NCBI GenBank assembly: GCA_002011125.2 | Contig: MTMF02000009.1 | Location: 1,832,989-1,896,988 of the forward strand | Direction of reading: 5' to 3' | Source: Candidatus Hydrothermarchaeum profundi | GTDB taxonomy: Archaea > Hydrothermarchaeota > Hydrothermarchaeia > Hydrothermarchaeales > Hydrothermarchaeaceae | Length of the DNA: 64,000 nucleotides | Part shown: one piece after another, positions 39,556-49,141 of the stretch | Layout: every line of letters begins with the position of its first letter | Position numbering within the stretch: the stretch's first letter is position 1 | Translations under genes and position numbers: made by a program | Notes under the pieces: generated by a model | The model's database searches: none | Told to the model about the DNA's origin: nothing | Seen by the model: only the letters and a program-made list of their open reading frames with translations

Positions 39556-40089
39556 TTGTCTGGAGGCACTCTTGTGGATAACGGTAAAACAATTCTAGCG
39601 AATCCTGAAATAAAACAGTTAATTCTTGAACTTGTTGGTGAAGAAGGATTAGATGTAGTCAGAGTCTTAATGGGGAAAAAAGCAACAGATGAAGAAATTG
39701 CAGAAGAAACGGCCCTAAAAATAAATACTGTGCGAAAAATCCTGTATAAACTCTACGATTATAGACTCGCCAGGTACATTAGAACCAAAGATAAAGAGAT
39801 TGGATGGTATATTTATACATGGGAACTCGACTTAGACCGGGCATCAGAAATAGTTTCTGCTAGAAAACAAAGAATTCTTGAAGAGTTAAGTAAGCAATTA
39901 GAATTTGAAATGAACCATGTATTTTTCAGCTGTAAAAACGACTTTTCAAAAATTCCTTTCGGAGAGGCAAGTGAAAACAACTTCAGATGCCCGAAATGCA
40001 ATGGGATTTTAGAGTATGTAGATAATCAAGAGAATATAATGAAACTCGAAAAGGAAATAGAGAGACTTAAAAGAACTTTAAAACACTAA
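39556..40089 (+). CDS. tfe: transcription factor E (TFE alpha)
   Basis: TDEEIA, VRKILY.LY, GWY.Y.W, F.CPKC. Confidence 0.93.
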   Translation: MSGGTLVDNGKTILANPEIKQLILELVGEEGLDVVRVLMGKKATDEEIAEETALKINTVRKILYKLYDYRLARYIRTKDKEIGWYIYTWELDLDRASEIVSARKQRILEELSKQLEFEMNHVFFSCKNDFSKIPFGEASENNFRCPKCNGILEYVDNQENIMKLEKEIERLKRTLKH

Positions 40090-40093
40090 TTTT

Positions 40094-40591
40094 ATGAAAG
40101 ACTTAGAAATTTTTAGAAAATTAAATTGCCCAGAAAATGTGATCCAACATTGTCTTGCAGTTTCCAAAAATGCTGTTCTAATAGCTGAAAAGGTAAGAAT
40201 ACCTATAGACAAAGAGCTGGTAAGACTAGGTGGACTTTTTCATGACATTGGAAGATGTAGAACCCACAGTATACGCCATGCCATTGAAGGAAGCAAATTA
40301 ATCCGTAAACTAGATTTAGGAGAAGAGATTGCCAATATAGCCGAACGGCATATAGGAGCAGGCATTACACCAGAGGAAGCTAAAAAATTAGGACTCCCGG
40401 TTAAGGATTATACTCCTCGGAGTCCAGAAGAAAAAATAGTAGCTTATGCAGACAATCTAACTCAAGGGAATGGCATGATATCCTTTGAGGAGAGCCTCAA
40501 GAGATTTAAAAGGGAATTGGGGGAAGATCACCCCTCGATAAAGAGAATGATAGACCTCCATAAGGAAATACAGGCGTGGATTAATAGATAG
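40094..40591 (+). CDS. HDIG-domain metal-dependent phosphohydrolase
   Basis: VI.HC, HDIGR, H...G, ERHIGAG, EEKIVAYADNL; usual tfe neighbour. Confidence 0.9.
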   Translation: MKDLEIFRKLNCPENVIQHCLAVSKNAVLIAEKVRIPIDKELVRLGGLFHDIGRCRTHSIRHAIEGSKLIRKLDLGEEIANIAERHIGAGITPEEAKKLGLPVKDYTPRSPEEKIVAYADNLTQGNGMISFEESLKRFKRELGEDHPSIKRMIDLHKEIQAWINR

Positions 40592-41084
40592 TGATTTTTT
40601 TTATCCCTTCAAGGCTTTTTAATTCCTCAAGGAGTTCTCCACTTATCTCATGCTCCGTAATTACAGTAAGCTCGGGATTTTCTGTGAGATAGGGGTCATC
40701 TGCAATCGCCTGTCTTATTGAAATCCCATGCTCAGCGATCTTGCTTGCGACTCTGCCGATAATTCCAGGTTCTGATGCATCTTCAGGGGATATAACAACT
40801 ACTCCTAGACCCAAATGGGGGGCTGCGTCTCTTAAAAAAGCAATTGAATGAAGGTTTTGAAAGACTTTTTTAAGATTTTCGTTTTTTATTATCCTTTCAA
40901 CTGTCGCATCAACAGCCCGCCTGTCTACACCTAACTCATTAGCTATCTGAGCATGCGCGACCTCTATACCTCCTGCGGATATTCTCCTATTTTTCCCTAT
41001 TTGAAATCCTTTTTTTAATAAGAATTGAGCTACCTTCATTTGAGCAGGATACCCTTTGAAATATTTCTCAATTTCCGCCCACAT
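40581..41084 (-). CDS. ACT-domain regulator of amino-acid metabolism (COG2150-like)
   Basis: YPAQ.KVA, GVDRR.V, PGII..V, ISIRQ...DDP. Confidence 0.85.
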   Translation of the reverse strand: MWAEIEKYFKGYPAQMKVAQFLLKKGFQIGKNRRISAGGIEVAHAQIANELGVDRRAVDATVERIIKNENLKKVFQNLHSIAFLRDAAPHLGLGVVVISPEDASEPGIIGRVASKIAEHGISIRQAIADDPYLTENPELTVITEHEISGELLEELKSLEGIKKITIY

Positions 41085-41180
41085 ATACTTAGTTCTATTT
41101 AGTTATTTTTTCTTATAAATCCATGCATTGAGATTCATGCTATATGCTATTTTTTAATGAAATGTTATCTTAGTACTATA

Positions 41181-41207
41181 GTGTTACTATATAGGAAATA
41201 GTAATAC
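41181..41207. promoter_or_regulatory. NikR-like operator palindrome
   Basis: GTGTTAC-N13-GTAATAC upstream of cbiM. Confidence 0.55.
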
Positions 41208-41279
41208 AATTAGTATATAAGAAGAAATTTTTACGCAGAAAAGTATATATAGTATTATTTTTTTAAAAAAAGTGTTACT

Positions 41280-41921
41280 ATGCATATTCCAGACGGCTTT
41301 ATACCTCTATGGCAATGCGCGATATATTTTGCAATCGCATTACCTTTCATAATAAAGTCATTCAAATGGGCTCGAAAGGAGATGGGAGAAGCTAATCTAC
41401 CACTCTTTGCTACTCTTGCTGCAGGCATTTTTGCAATCCAGGGATTAAACATCCCTATACCTTGGGGAACAAGTGGCCACATGGTAGGCGGTGTTATGAC
41501 CGCAATCCTCCTTGGAAGCCCTTATGCTGGAGTACTTTTACTGACTATAGTACTGATGATTCAAAGCTTACTATTCGCAGATGGAGGAATCACCACATTA
41601 GGTGCAAACATCCTTGACATGGGAATAATAAGCACTTACGTGGGATTTTACATATTTAAAAGCTTAAAATATAGATTAAACATATCGGTTGCATCCTTTA
41701 CTGGAGCATGGCTAGGGTTATTCTTATCGTCATTAGCTGTAGCCATACAACTTGCTATTGCAGGCACTTTTCCTTTAATTCAAGGGCTTTTTTTTATGGG
41801 GCTCTATCATACTATTATCGGCCTAATAGCTGAGGGAACTCTAACAAGCATAGTTATTACGACCTGCCTAAAAGTAAGTCCTGGGCTTTTCCCAGCCATA
41901 TCGGAGGAGGCAATGCGATGA
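41280..41921 (+). CDS. cbiM: ECF Co/Ni transporter S component
   Basis: MHIPDG N-terminus, GTSGH, QSLLFADGG.T.LGAN. Confidence 0.93.
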   Translation: MHIPDGFIPLWQCAIYFAIALPFIIKSFKWARKEMGEANLPLFATLAAGIFAIQGLNIPIPWGTSGHMVGGVMTAILLGSPYAGVLLLTIVLMIQSLLFADGGITTLGANILDMGIISTYVGFYIFKSLKYRLNISVASFTGAWLGLFLSSLAVAIQLAIAGTFPLIQGLFFMGLYHTIIGLIAEGTLTSIVITTCLKVSPGLFPAISEEAMR

Positions 41922-42220
41922 ATATTAAAAGAATTGTTATTGTAGGTTTAGGGATCTCTCTTTTAATCTCTGTTCTATCCCCTTATCTAGCTTCAACTAA
42001 TCCTGATGGGCTCGAAAGTACTGCTCAAAAATTTGAAGACGTTATAGGCAAGGAGTATCACGCGATACAATCGCCATTTTCAGATTACTTAGTGCCCCAA
42101 TTCGGTGATAGCAAAAAATCAAGCATGCTAGCATTAGTATTAGGAACGCTAATAACTTTTGGAGTTGGCTACATTGTCGTTAAAGTCATAAGAAAACGGG
42201 ATTTTCATGCAAATAATTGA
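41918..42220 (+). CDS. PDGLE-domain accessory subunit (CbiN/NikN-like)
   Basis: LAS.NPDGLE, PF.DY, two TMs. Confidence 0.88.
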   Translation: MNIKRIVIVGLGISLLISVLSPYLASTNPDGLESTAQKFEDVIGKEYHAIQSPFSDYLVPQFGDSKKSSMLALVLGTLITFGVGYIVVKVIRKRDFHANN

Positions 42221-43082
42221 AACCAAAAACCTACGATACGTTTACTCCGACGGAACAGAAGCCCTCAAAAACGTAAATTTCCAAGCCTACGAAAATGAGA
42301 TAGTGGCTGTGGTAGGCGCTAATGGCGCGGGGAAGACTACTCTATTTAAGCATTTTAATGGACTCTTAAAACCAACTTCGGGTAAAGTCTTAATTAATGG
42401 AGAGGAAATAAGAAAAGATAATCTTCTTCAAGTACGTAAGACGGTAGGACTAGTATTCCAAAACCCTGACGACCAGCTTTTTGCACCAACCGTAAAACAA
42501 GATGTAGCATTTGGGCCGATGAATCTTGGGCTTCCAGAAGATGTCGTAACACATAGAGTTAGAGAGTCCCTAGAGCTAGTTGGGATGTCAGGATTCGAAG
42601 ACAGGACACCTCATAACCTAAGTTTCGGCGAGAAGAAAAGGATTGCAATAGCAGGCGTCCTAGCGATGCAGCCCCGTGTTTTGGTGCTTGACGAGCCTAC
42701 CTCAGGGTTAGATCCTCAAGGCGTGGTTAAGATCATAGAACTTCTTATAACACTCAAAAAATTAGATATTAGCAGTGTAGTAGCGACACACGATGTAGAT
42801 ATTGTCCCAATATTTGCCGATAGGGTTTATCTATTACACCACGGAGAAGTTGCCTTAGAGGGAACCCCGGAGGATATCTTTAATGAAAGCCTTATAGAGG
42901 AATCACATCTCAGACTCCCATATATAGCCCAACTTCTCAAGAACTTAAAAGAAGAAGGTTACGATATTGACCTCAAGCTAACTGTGTCTGAAGCGACAGA
43001 CGAGATTGTGAAATTATTGAGGGAGATAAATGGAACTTCTAGATCTAGAAAGAGAGGCATCGAGAGACAGCACGATTCATAG
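42207..43082 (+). CDS. cbiO: ECF transporter ATPase
   Basis: GANGAGKT, FQNPDDQLF, LS.GEKKR, LDEPT. Confidence 0.93.
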   Translation: MQIIETKNLRYVYSDGTEALKNVNFQAYENEIVAVVGANGAGKTTLFKHFNGLLKPTSGKVLINGEEIRKDNLLQVRKTVGLVFQNPDDQLFAPTVKQDVAFGPMNLGLPEDVVTHRVRESLELVGMSGFEDRTPHNLSFGEKKRIAIAGVLAMQPRVLVLDEPTSGLDPQGVVKIIELLITLKKLDISSVVATHDVDIVPIFADRVYLLHHGEVALEGTPEDIFNESLIEESHLRLPYIAQLLKNLKEEGYDIDLKLTVSEATDEIVKLLREINGTSRSRKRGIERQHDS

Positions 43083-43845
43083 AATAGATAGCAAAATAAA
43101 AGTTATTTCGTTTCTTTTATTAGTTTTTTCTGCTGTATTTATTGGTAGAAGCATAAGCTCAGATTTCTTAAGCCGCATAATTAGTTTAGCCGTATTAGAG
43201 GCTTATCTGCTAGTGATCGTATCATTGGCAAGATTGGATAAATCTTTATTTCTGAAGAGAGTTCTAATGATACTTCCCTTTGGAGGAACAGTAGCGGTAC
43301 TAAAACCTTTTGTTGAAGAAGGGGTTCCGATATATACTTTTCCTTTAGGGATTACTGTAACCTACGAAGGTATTAGTGAGGCTATTCTACTCTTATTTAT
43401 AATGGTGGTATCAATCTCTTCTATAGTAGTCCTTTCATCTACAACTACAATCCAGGGATTAATAAATTCGATGAAAAAAATAGGATTCCCAAAAGAGCTA
43501 GCTCTCCTATTCGGTATGACATTAAGGTATATCTTCCTGTATGGTGAAACTCTTCAGAAAATTTTAGATGCCCAACGGTCAAGATGCTTTAGCATTAGAA
43601 ATAGGAGAGTTAAACTTAGGTACATATTAGAACAATTAGGCTATACCGTAATGATGCTTTTTATAAGGTCTTATGAACACGGTCTAAAAATATACCAAAG
43701 CATGATAAGTAGGTGCTACACCTCTGATTCTACTCTTCTTTTAAGCCAAAGAGGGGTTACTTCTAAAGATATTTTATTCGCAATAGTCAATATCTCCGTG
43801 ATCGGAAGTGCAATTTACATTAGCAGCTATGGAATCCCCCCATAA
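43030..43845 (+). CDS. cbiQ: ECF transporter T component
   Basis: S.IHRID..K, LRYI, AQ.SR, M.SR. Confidence 0.9.
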   Translation: MELLDLEREASRDSTIHRIDSKIKVISFLLLVFSAVFIGRSISSDFLSRIISLAVLEAYLLVIVSLARLDKSLFLKRVLMILPFGGTVAVLKPFVEEGVPIYTFPLGITVTYEGISEAILLLFIMVVSISSIVVLSSTTTIQGLINSMKKIGFPKELALLFGMTLRYIFLYGETLQKILDAQRSRCFSIRNRRVKLRYILEQLGYTVMMLFIRSYEHGLKIYQSMISRCYTSDSTLLLSQRGVTSKDILFAIVNISVIGSAIYISSYGIPP

Positions 43846-44054
43846 TATTAAGCAATCCGCTCTTTAGGATTATCGAAAGCCTATTTGATAAAAATAATTC
43901 CTCCCGAGGAATTACCAACACAGCACTTTTCATCTAAAAATCTCTTAACCATCAGCTAAGAGAGGCTTCCTTTATAAAAAGAAACTGATAAAAACTACTG
44001 GAGTGTCGATGGTGGTCCCGGATAGCATGGTGACGCCGGCACGGTGCTTAGTAG

Positions 44055-44127
44055 TGGGCCCGAAGGGATTTGAACCCTCGACCACCCGGTTATGAGCCGG
44101 GCGCTCTAACCGCTAAGCTACGGGCCC
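44055..44127 (-). tRNA. tRNA with CAT anticodon, most likely tRNA-Ile2 (agmatidine type)
   Basis: GGGCCCG/CGGGCCC-A acceptor, CCCGG-CTCATAA-CCGGG anticodon arm, GAGGG-TTCAAAT-CCCTT T arm; body resembles archaeal Ile2 rather than Met tRNAs; CCA not encoded. Confidence 0.92.
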
Positions 44128-44215
44128 TTCTAACCTCAGATAAATTCATTCAAAAATAAATATATTTCGCCAGAATATTTTGATAAAATATTAATATATA
44201 TTCTTTTATATATTA

Positions 44216-44908
44216 TTGTTGATGACTAAAGAAAAGGGGGGAGAGGAATTTTTTAAGATACTCTCGCATCCTATACGCTTGAGATTAATTGAATTAATAC
44301 ATGAAAACATCCAGTTAAGTTATAGCGAGATCCTTAATACTCTTAAAATAGATGCAGGTCAACTAAATTTTCATCTTAAAAATATGAGAGAACTCTATGT
44401 AAAATCCAAGGGATATTATATGCTAAACGAAAAAGGAGTGTTTGCATATTCTCTCATCAATAAAGTAAGAAAAATGGAGAGATTAAGAGAATTTAGGATT
44501 TCCCTCAAAACTGCTCCGCTTTATAAGAGAGTTGTAGCCTCTCTCATCGACGCCGTGCTTTTCGTAGGTTCTCCAGTGACTGTGGTATTGCTTATAAGCC
44601 TACTTACACCGCCTAAAGCTCTTGATCCCATACTGCTAACAGTTTTCGCCATGCTTATAATGTTTTTATCCCTCCTAGTGCTGGCTCCTATGGAGGCTAG
44701 CACTGGGCAGACTATAGGAAAATACATCACTGGGATTAGAGTCGTAAAGGACAGCGGAAGGAAGATAGACTTGTCTGAGAGTACTATTAGAAATGTAGGG
44801 AAGATATATTTTCTACCACTAGATTTACTTTTGGGACTTATGGTTAGGCGGAAAGGTTATCTTAGATTTACATGTTTTATGACCAAATCAGTAGTAGTTG
44901 AAGTATAA
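44216..44908 (+). CDS. ArsR-type wHTH fused to RDD membrane domain
   Basis: FK.LSHP.R..., L.FHL; KR..A.LID, GQTIGK..GIRVV, IRN. Confidence 0.82.
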   Translation: MLMTKEKGGEEFFKILSHPIRLRLIELIHENIQLSYSEILNTLKIDAGQLNFHLKNMRELYVKSKGYYMLNEKGVFAYSLINKVRKMERLREFRISLKTAPLYKRVVASLIDAVLFVGSPVTVVLLISLLTPPKALDPILLTVFAMLIMFLSLLVLAPMEASTGQTIGKYITGIRVVKDSGRKIDLSESTIRNVGKIYFLPLDLLLGLMVRRKGYLRFTCFMTKSVVVEV

Positions 44909-45050
44909 ATTGTGAAAATGAACCGGCAGTACTTACCCTCATCAAATGGAAGATTTTTTATAGCTATAAATTCCATAAAAGTAGTAAAACCAACAAAAGA
45001 GAGAGGTGGGTGAACTTTGAAATCCTGTAAAAATAGAAGGAGGGTTAAGT

Positions 45051-45698
45051 ATGAGTAAAGAAGAGATTTTGAAGAAAGCAGCTGACGCTATTTTAAAACA
45101 AGACGAGAAGGCTGCTGTTGAAGTTGCAAAGGAAGCGTTAGAAGCGGGTTTAGACCCTGTTGAAGTGATTGAAAAGGGATTTACAGAAGGTATCAGAGAA
45201 GTGGGGGACCTCTTCGATAGGGGTAAGCTTTTTCTCCCGCATGTAATGCTATCAGCAGACGCCATGAAAAAAGCCATCGCAGTTCTTGAGCCTGCTATCG
45301 GCGAAGGTAAGGGAAAAGAAAAAGTGGGGACCGTCGTAATTGGAACCGTTGAAGGAGATATCCATGAAATCGGGAAAGGAATTGTTTCTATCATGCTTCA
45401 AGTGGCTGGATTCGAGGTCCATGACTTGGGTAGGGACGTGCCATTAAAAAAATTCATAGAAGCCGCAAAGGAAACAAACGCCAACATAGTCGGTGCCTCA
45501 GCTTTAATGACGACTTCCTTACCCGGGCAAAAAGAGCTAATAAATCTGTTGAAAGACGCAGGCATCAGAGATAAGGTTAAGATGATGGTAGGGGGTGCAC
45601 CTGCCACTGAGAAATGGGCGCAGAAGATAGGGGCTGACGCCTACGCTGAGAATGCCACAGAGGCTGTGGCAAAGGCAAAAGAATTGGTAACATCATAA
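45051..45698 (+). CDS. mtbC: dimethylamine corrinoid protein
   Basis: GTVEGDIHEIGK B12-binding motif, SALMTT, VGGAP; directly before mtbB. Confidence 0.9.
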   Translation: MSKEEILKKAADAILKQDEKAAVEVAKEALEAGLDPVEVIEKGFTEGIREVGDLFDRGKLFLPHVMLSADAMKKAIAVLEPAIGEGKGKEKVGTVVIGTVEGDIHEIGKGIVSIMLQVAGFEVHDLGRDVPLKKFIEAAKETNANIVGASALMTTSLPGQKELINLLKDAGIRDKVKMMVGGAPATEKWAQKIGADAYAENATEAVAKAKELVTS

Positions 45699-45700
45699 GG

Positions 45701-45775
45701 CCTTCAACCCCCAATCGCCGGTTCGAATGGGTCAAAGGGCCTTTGATGAGAACCAGGGTATAGGTTGAAGGAATA
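45701..45775 (+). ncRNA. candidate structured RNA (long interrupted hairpin, H/ACA-like layout)
   Basis: CCTTCAACC/GGTTGAAGG, GGTTC/GAACC and GTCAAAG/CTTTGAT nested stems. Confidence 0.4.
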
Positions 45776-45801
45776 TAAAAAAGGAATTAGGAGGTGAAGT
45801 T

Positions 45802-47208
45802 ATGGATTACCGTGTTAGAATTGGAGACGGCTCATTAAAATACCTCTCCAAGAAAGAGATAAAGGAAGACATTGAAGACGGAACCAAGGACGCTGCTGAC
45901 CGCGGAGAAATACCAGAACTAACTGATGACGATAAAGAGAGGCTACTTGAAATAGTAACCGAGCCTAATAAGATCGTCAGCGTTTCACCGGGCGAAGAGG
46001 TAGTTATGACAAATGACGTAGGAACACTCACTATCCAAGGTGACCAAGGGAACAGCGGGGTAGGACTACCGCTAGATCGTATACAATGTATACTTACTCA
46101 AGAGCGTGCTTTTGGATCTGACACAATGGAACTAGCCCACACCGATTACAGCTTCAAACCCGTTAAGCCCATCATAGCAATGGAACAACAAGCTCTCGAA
46201 CAGGCAGAACTATTAACAGTGATACCAGTCTTCTATGGAGCAATGCCAAACCTTGGACAGTACTATGTTATAGACGGGCCTTTCCCAAATCCGAATGATC
46301 TATATAGAGATCTGAAAATAAAAGAAGCTCGCGAGAGCCAGGAGGAATGCGCTGAGCATGCCTCGAACAATATGAGTTGGATAGGTCAAAGACTTTGGGA
46401 GGTAGGATGCGAAGGACTAAACTTCGATACTACCGCCGCAGCCGGAGATACCGACTTCTATGCTACTCTGACAGCTACTGAAGAGTTAAAGAAGACTACC
46501 TCTGAAATGTGCATAGAAATGGGCATGGCCGCAGAATACGTGCTCGGGATGCATGGGGAGCTAAAATATGGTGGCGAGCTTCTAGCAGGCCTGTATCCAC
46601 ATCAGCAAGTAAAAGTCGCAGAAAAAGCAGGAGTAGATATATTTGGTCCAGTAGTGAATACCAATACTAGCAAGTCTTTTCCATGGAATATTGCAAGAGC
46701 GCTTACTTTCGTGAAGGAATGCGTAAAACAGTCCAATATACCCATACATGTCAACATGGGAATGGGCGTAGGCGGAATCCCCATGTACGAGACGCCGCCA
46801 GTAGATGCCGTTACAAGGGCTTCTAAGGCAATGGTTCAGATTGCCCACGTCGACGGTATATAGATGGGAGTCGGCGACCCGGTGGGCATGCCTATAAGCC
46901 ATATAATGGCATCTGGCATGGGCGGACTTAGAACAGCGGGAGACCTAGTTGCTAGAATGCAGATGAGCAAAAAAATGAGGATTAATGAAGCCAAGGAGTA
47001 TGTAGCGAAAAAGCTAAACTTAACTCCAAGCGAGCTCTCAGACGAGTATGTCATGAGAGAAGTGAGAGAAGAGCTGGATATAGGGATTATAACACCAGTA
47101 CCGGGAGCAGCGAAAGGGATAGAAGCTAAAGTCAGGATCGCTGAGCTACTGGATATAACTATAAATCCGGTAGAGAGACTAAAAAATAAAGAAAAATTCA
47201 AAAGCTAA
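45802..47208 (+). CDS. mtbB: dimethylamine:corrinoid methyltransferase, pyrrolysine at in-frame TAG 46861..46863 (468 aa)
   Basis: two track ORFs are one frame separated only by TAG; context [23 protein letters not shown] matches the MtbB Pyl site. Confidence 0.95.
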
Positions 47209-47285
47209 GTAACCCTCCGGCCAGTAGCTGGCTATGGGTTACTTTATATCCCCCCAAGCTCTTTGGGGGGATTTATTTTCTCTTT
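47207..47285 (+). terminator. tandem hairpins plus U-tract after mtbB
   Basis: AAGTAACCC/GGGTTACTT hairpin, then ATCCCCCCAA/TTGGGGGGAT hairpin followed by TTATTTTCTCTTT. Confidence 0.7.
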
Positions 47286-47357
47286 GTGTTAAACAACTTT
47301 TCCAAGCCATATCACTTTCTAAATTTAATGATGTTATAGAGATTTTATATAACCAGT

Positions 47358-48254
47358 ATGTTAGAACTCTACGATAAAGTAAGGAAGGAAATTGTAGGCA
47401 GAGATCGAGAGCTTTTAAGAATTTTATCTGCTTTAGAAGCCAAAAAACATTTGTTACTTGAGGGACCGCCAGGTACCTCAAAGTCAACCATCTTGAGGAC
47501 TATAACTAGGCTGTCTAATATCCCTTTTTATCTTTTAGAGGGTAATATCGATTTAACTCCAGCAAAGCTGGTTGGTCACTTTAATCCAGCAGAAGTTATA
47601 TCTGATAATTATAAACCGGAATACTTCAATAAAGGCCCCTTAACAAAAGCCATGGAAGAGGGCGGATTCCTTTATATTGAAGAATTTAATCGAATGCCGG
47701 CAGATGCTACAAATGTGCTATTAGTAGCTATGGAAGAAGGAGAGATAAATATTCCCAGATACGGTAAAGTAGTAGCCAAACCAGGTTTTACCGTGATATG
47801 CGCTCAAAACCCTCTTGACGATGTAGGTACTCTTCGTGTGAGCAGAGCATTTCTAGATAGAGTATGCAGAATAAAGCTTGACTATCAATCCGAAGAAGAA
47901 GAAATTAAAATCGTAGAAGAGAGAACAGGAACAAAAAATAAAGACTTAATTAAATTAGCGGTTAAACTGGCAAGAGAAACTAGAGACCATCCCGATTTGA
48001 AATTAGGAGTCTCTATTAGAGGACCTATTGATATGGTTCAAATAGCCGAAAAGATGCTTAGGCTTGATTTAGATGAAAGGGAAGCTCTTTTAGACTCGAT
48101 GATGCTGGCTTTCAGCGGAAAAGTATGGCTTGATGAGCTTTCTGAAAAATCTCAAGAAGAGGTCCTAGAAGAAATATTTAATCAAATATATACTCCCACG
48201 GGCGCTACTAAAAAAAAAGTAAGCCTGGAACTAATAAGAAAGGAGAAGAACTAA
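47358..48254 (+). CDS. MoxR/CoxD-like AAA+ ATPase (frame-0 product)
   Basis: IVGR, LLEGPPGTSKS, GPL, LYIEEFNR, AQNP, SRAFLDR, S.RG. Confidence 0.9.
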   Translation: MLELYDKVRKEIVGRDRELLRILSALEAKKHLLLEGPPGTSKSTILRTITRLSNIPFYLLEGNIDLTPAKLVGHFNPAEVISDNYKPEYFNKGPLTKAMEEGGFLYIEEFNRMPADATNVLLVAMEEGEINIPRYGKVVAKPGFTVICAQNPLDDVGTLRVSRAFLDRVCRIKLDYQSEEEEIKIVEERTGTKNKDLIKLAVKLARETRDHPDLKLGVSIRGPIDMVQIAEKMLRLDLDEREALLDSMMLAFSGKVWLDELSEKSQEEVLEEIFNQIYTPTGATKKKVSLELIRKEKN

Positions 48255-49141
48255 CGCAACTTGAATCTGATGATAGCGAAGAAAAACCAAGCATCGATAT
48301 AGAAAAAGAATTCGAAAAATCCCCATATCATCTCGCGAAATACTTCAATGCTAATCCTGAAGAACTAGCGAAGGTATTCAGTTCTAAGAAAGCTCTTAAG
48401 ATATATGGCGATATTTCCAGCATGCTTAAACCTGAAACAAAAGAAATAGCAAAGAAGTATATTAGGAGGCTCATTATAAAACTTGGAGTATCGCTGGCCA
48501 ATCCAGGATATCAGCGAGATAAGATTGTTCCCTTGAATGATATAACACTATCAGACGATATCGAGATAGATAGAACAATCGAGAAAATTATACAGGCCCC
48601 GGAACTTCCCTTAGAGGATAACATCACCGTTTTAGGCAGAAAGAAGAAGAAACAAGATATCGTGCTAATGTTAGATAGGAGCTTTTCTATGAAGGGGATC
48701 AAAACCGTCTTGTCAGCTATAACTGCCTCTGCGATTTCTTTACATTTTAAGGGGAATGTATCTGTCCTATTTTTTAACGATAAATCAAAATTCATTAAAA
48801 AAAGAAACCAAAAGATGGTTTTAGATTCTATAGTAGATAAGATTCTCGATTTAGATGTAGAAGGAGGAACAAATATAAGGAAAGCCCTTGAAATGGGCCT
48901 ACAAGAAATATCATCCTCAGACAAAAAAAGAGGACTACTTCTTACAGATGGTAACTGGACGGTAGGAGCTAATCCCTTAAGTGTGGCACAGAAGTATGAT
49001 AAGCTAGACGTAATCTGCTTCCCACCAGCTAATAGTGAGAAATCCAAGCTTTTAGCATTAAAAGGAAACGGAACCCTAGAATATGTTGAAAGGGAAGAGG
49101 ATATTTTCAGAGCAATATTAAGCTGCCTACGGCTAAACTAG
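48218..49141 (+). CDS. vWA domain, probably translated as an AAA-vWA fusion through a -1 shift at A9 (48210..48218)
   Basis: MIDAS DRSFS, GGTN, LLTDG; frame open from the A9 run to the track start at 48422. Confidence 0.8.
   Translation, partial: SKPGTNKKGEELTQLESDDSEEKPSIDIEKEFEKSPYHLAKYFNANPEELAKVFSSKKALKIYGDISSMLKPETKEIAKKYIRRLIIKLGVSLANPGYQRDKIVPLNDITLSDDIEIDRTIEKIIQAPELPLEDNITVLGRKKKKQDIVLMLDRSFSMKGIKTVLSAITASAISLHFKGNVSVLFFNDKSKFIKKRNQKMVLDSIVDKILDLDVEGGTNIRKALEMGLQEISSSDKKRGLLLTDGNWTVGANPLSVAQKYDKLDVICFPPANSEKSKLLALKGNGTLEYVEREEDIFRAILSCLRLN

Noticed and set aside
43998-44050. GC-rich stretch beyond the tRNA 3' end as an ncRNA
   Set aside because: Only weak pairing and no recognisable motif.
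45711-45730. GGTTCGAAT as a tRNA or tRNA-Pyl fragment
   Set aside because: No cloverleaf, no CTA anticodon arm; better explained by the hairpin reported.
46864-47208. Separate 114-aa gene, or nonsense pseudogene reading of mtbB (likewise 52110..52868 for mtmB)
   Set aside because: The TAGs fall at the conserved pyrrolysine positions and both halves are in frame and intact.
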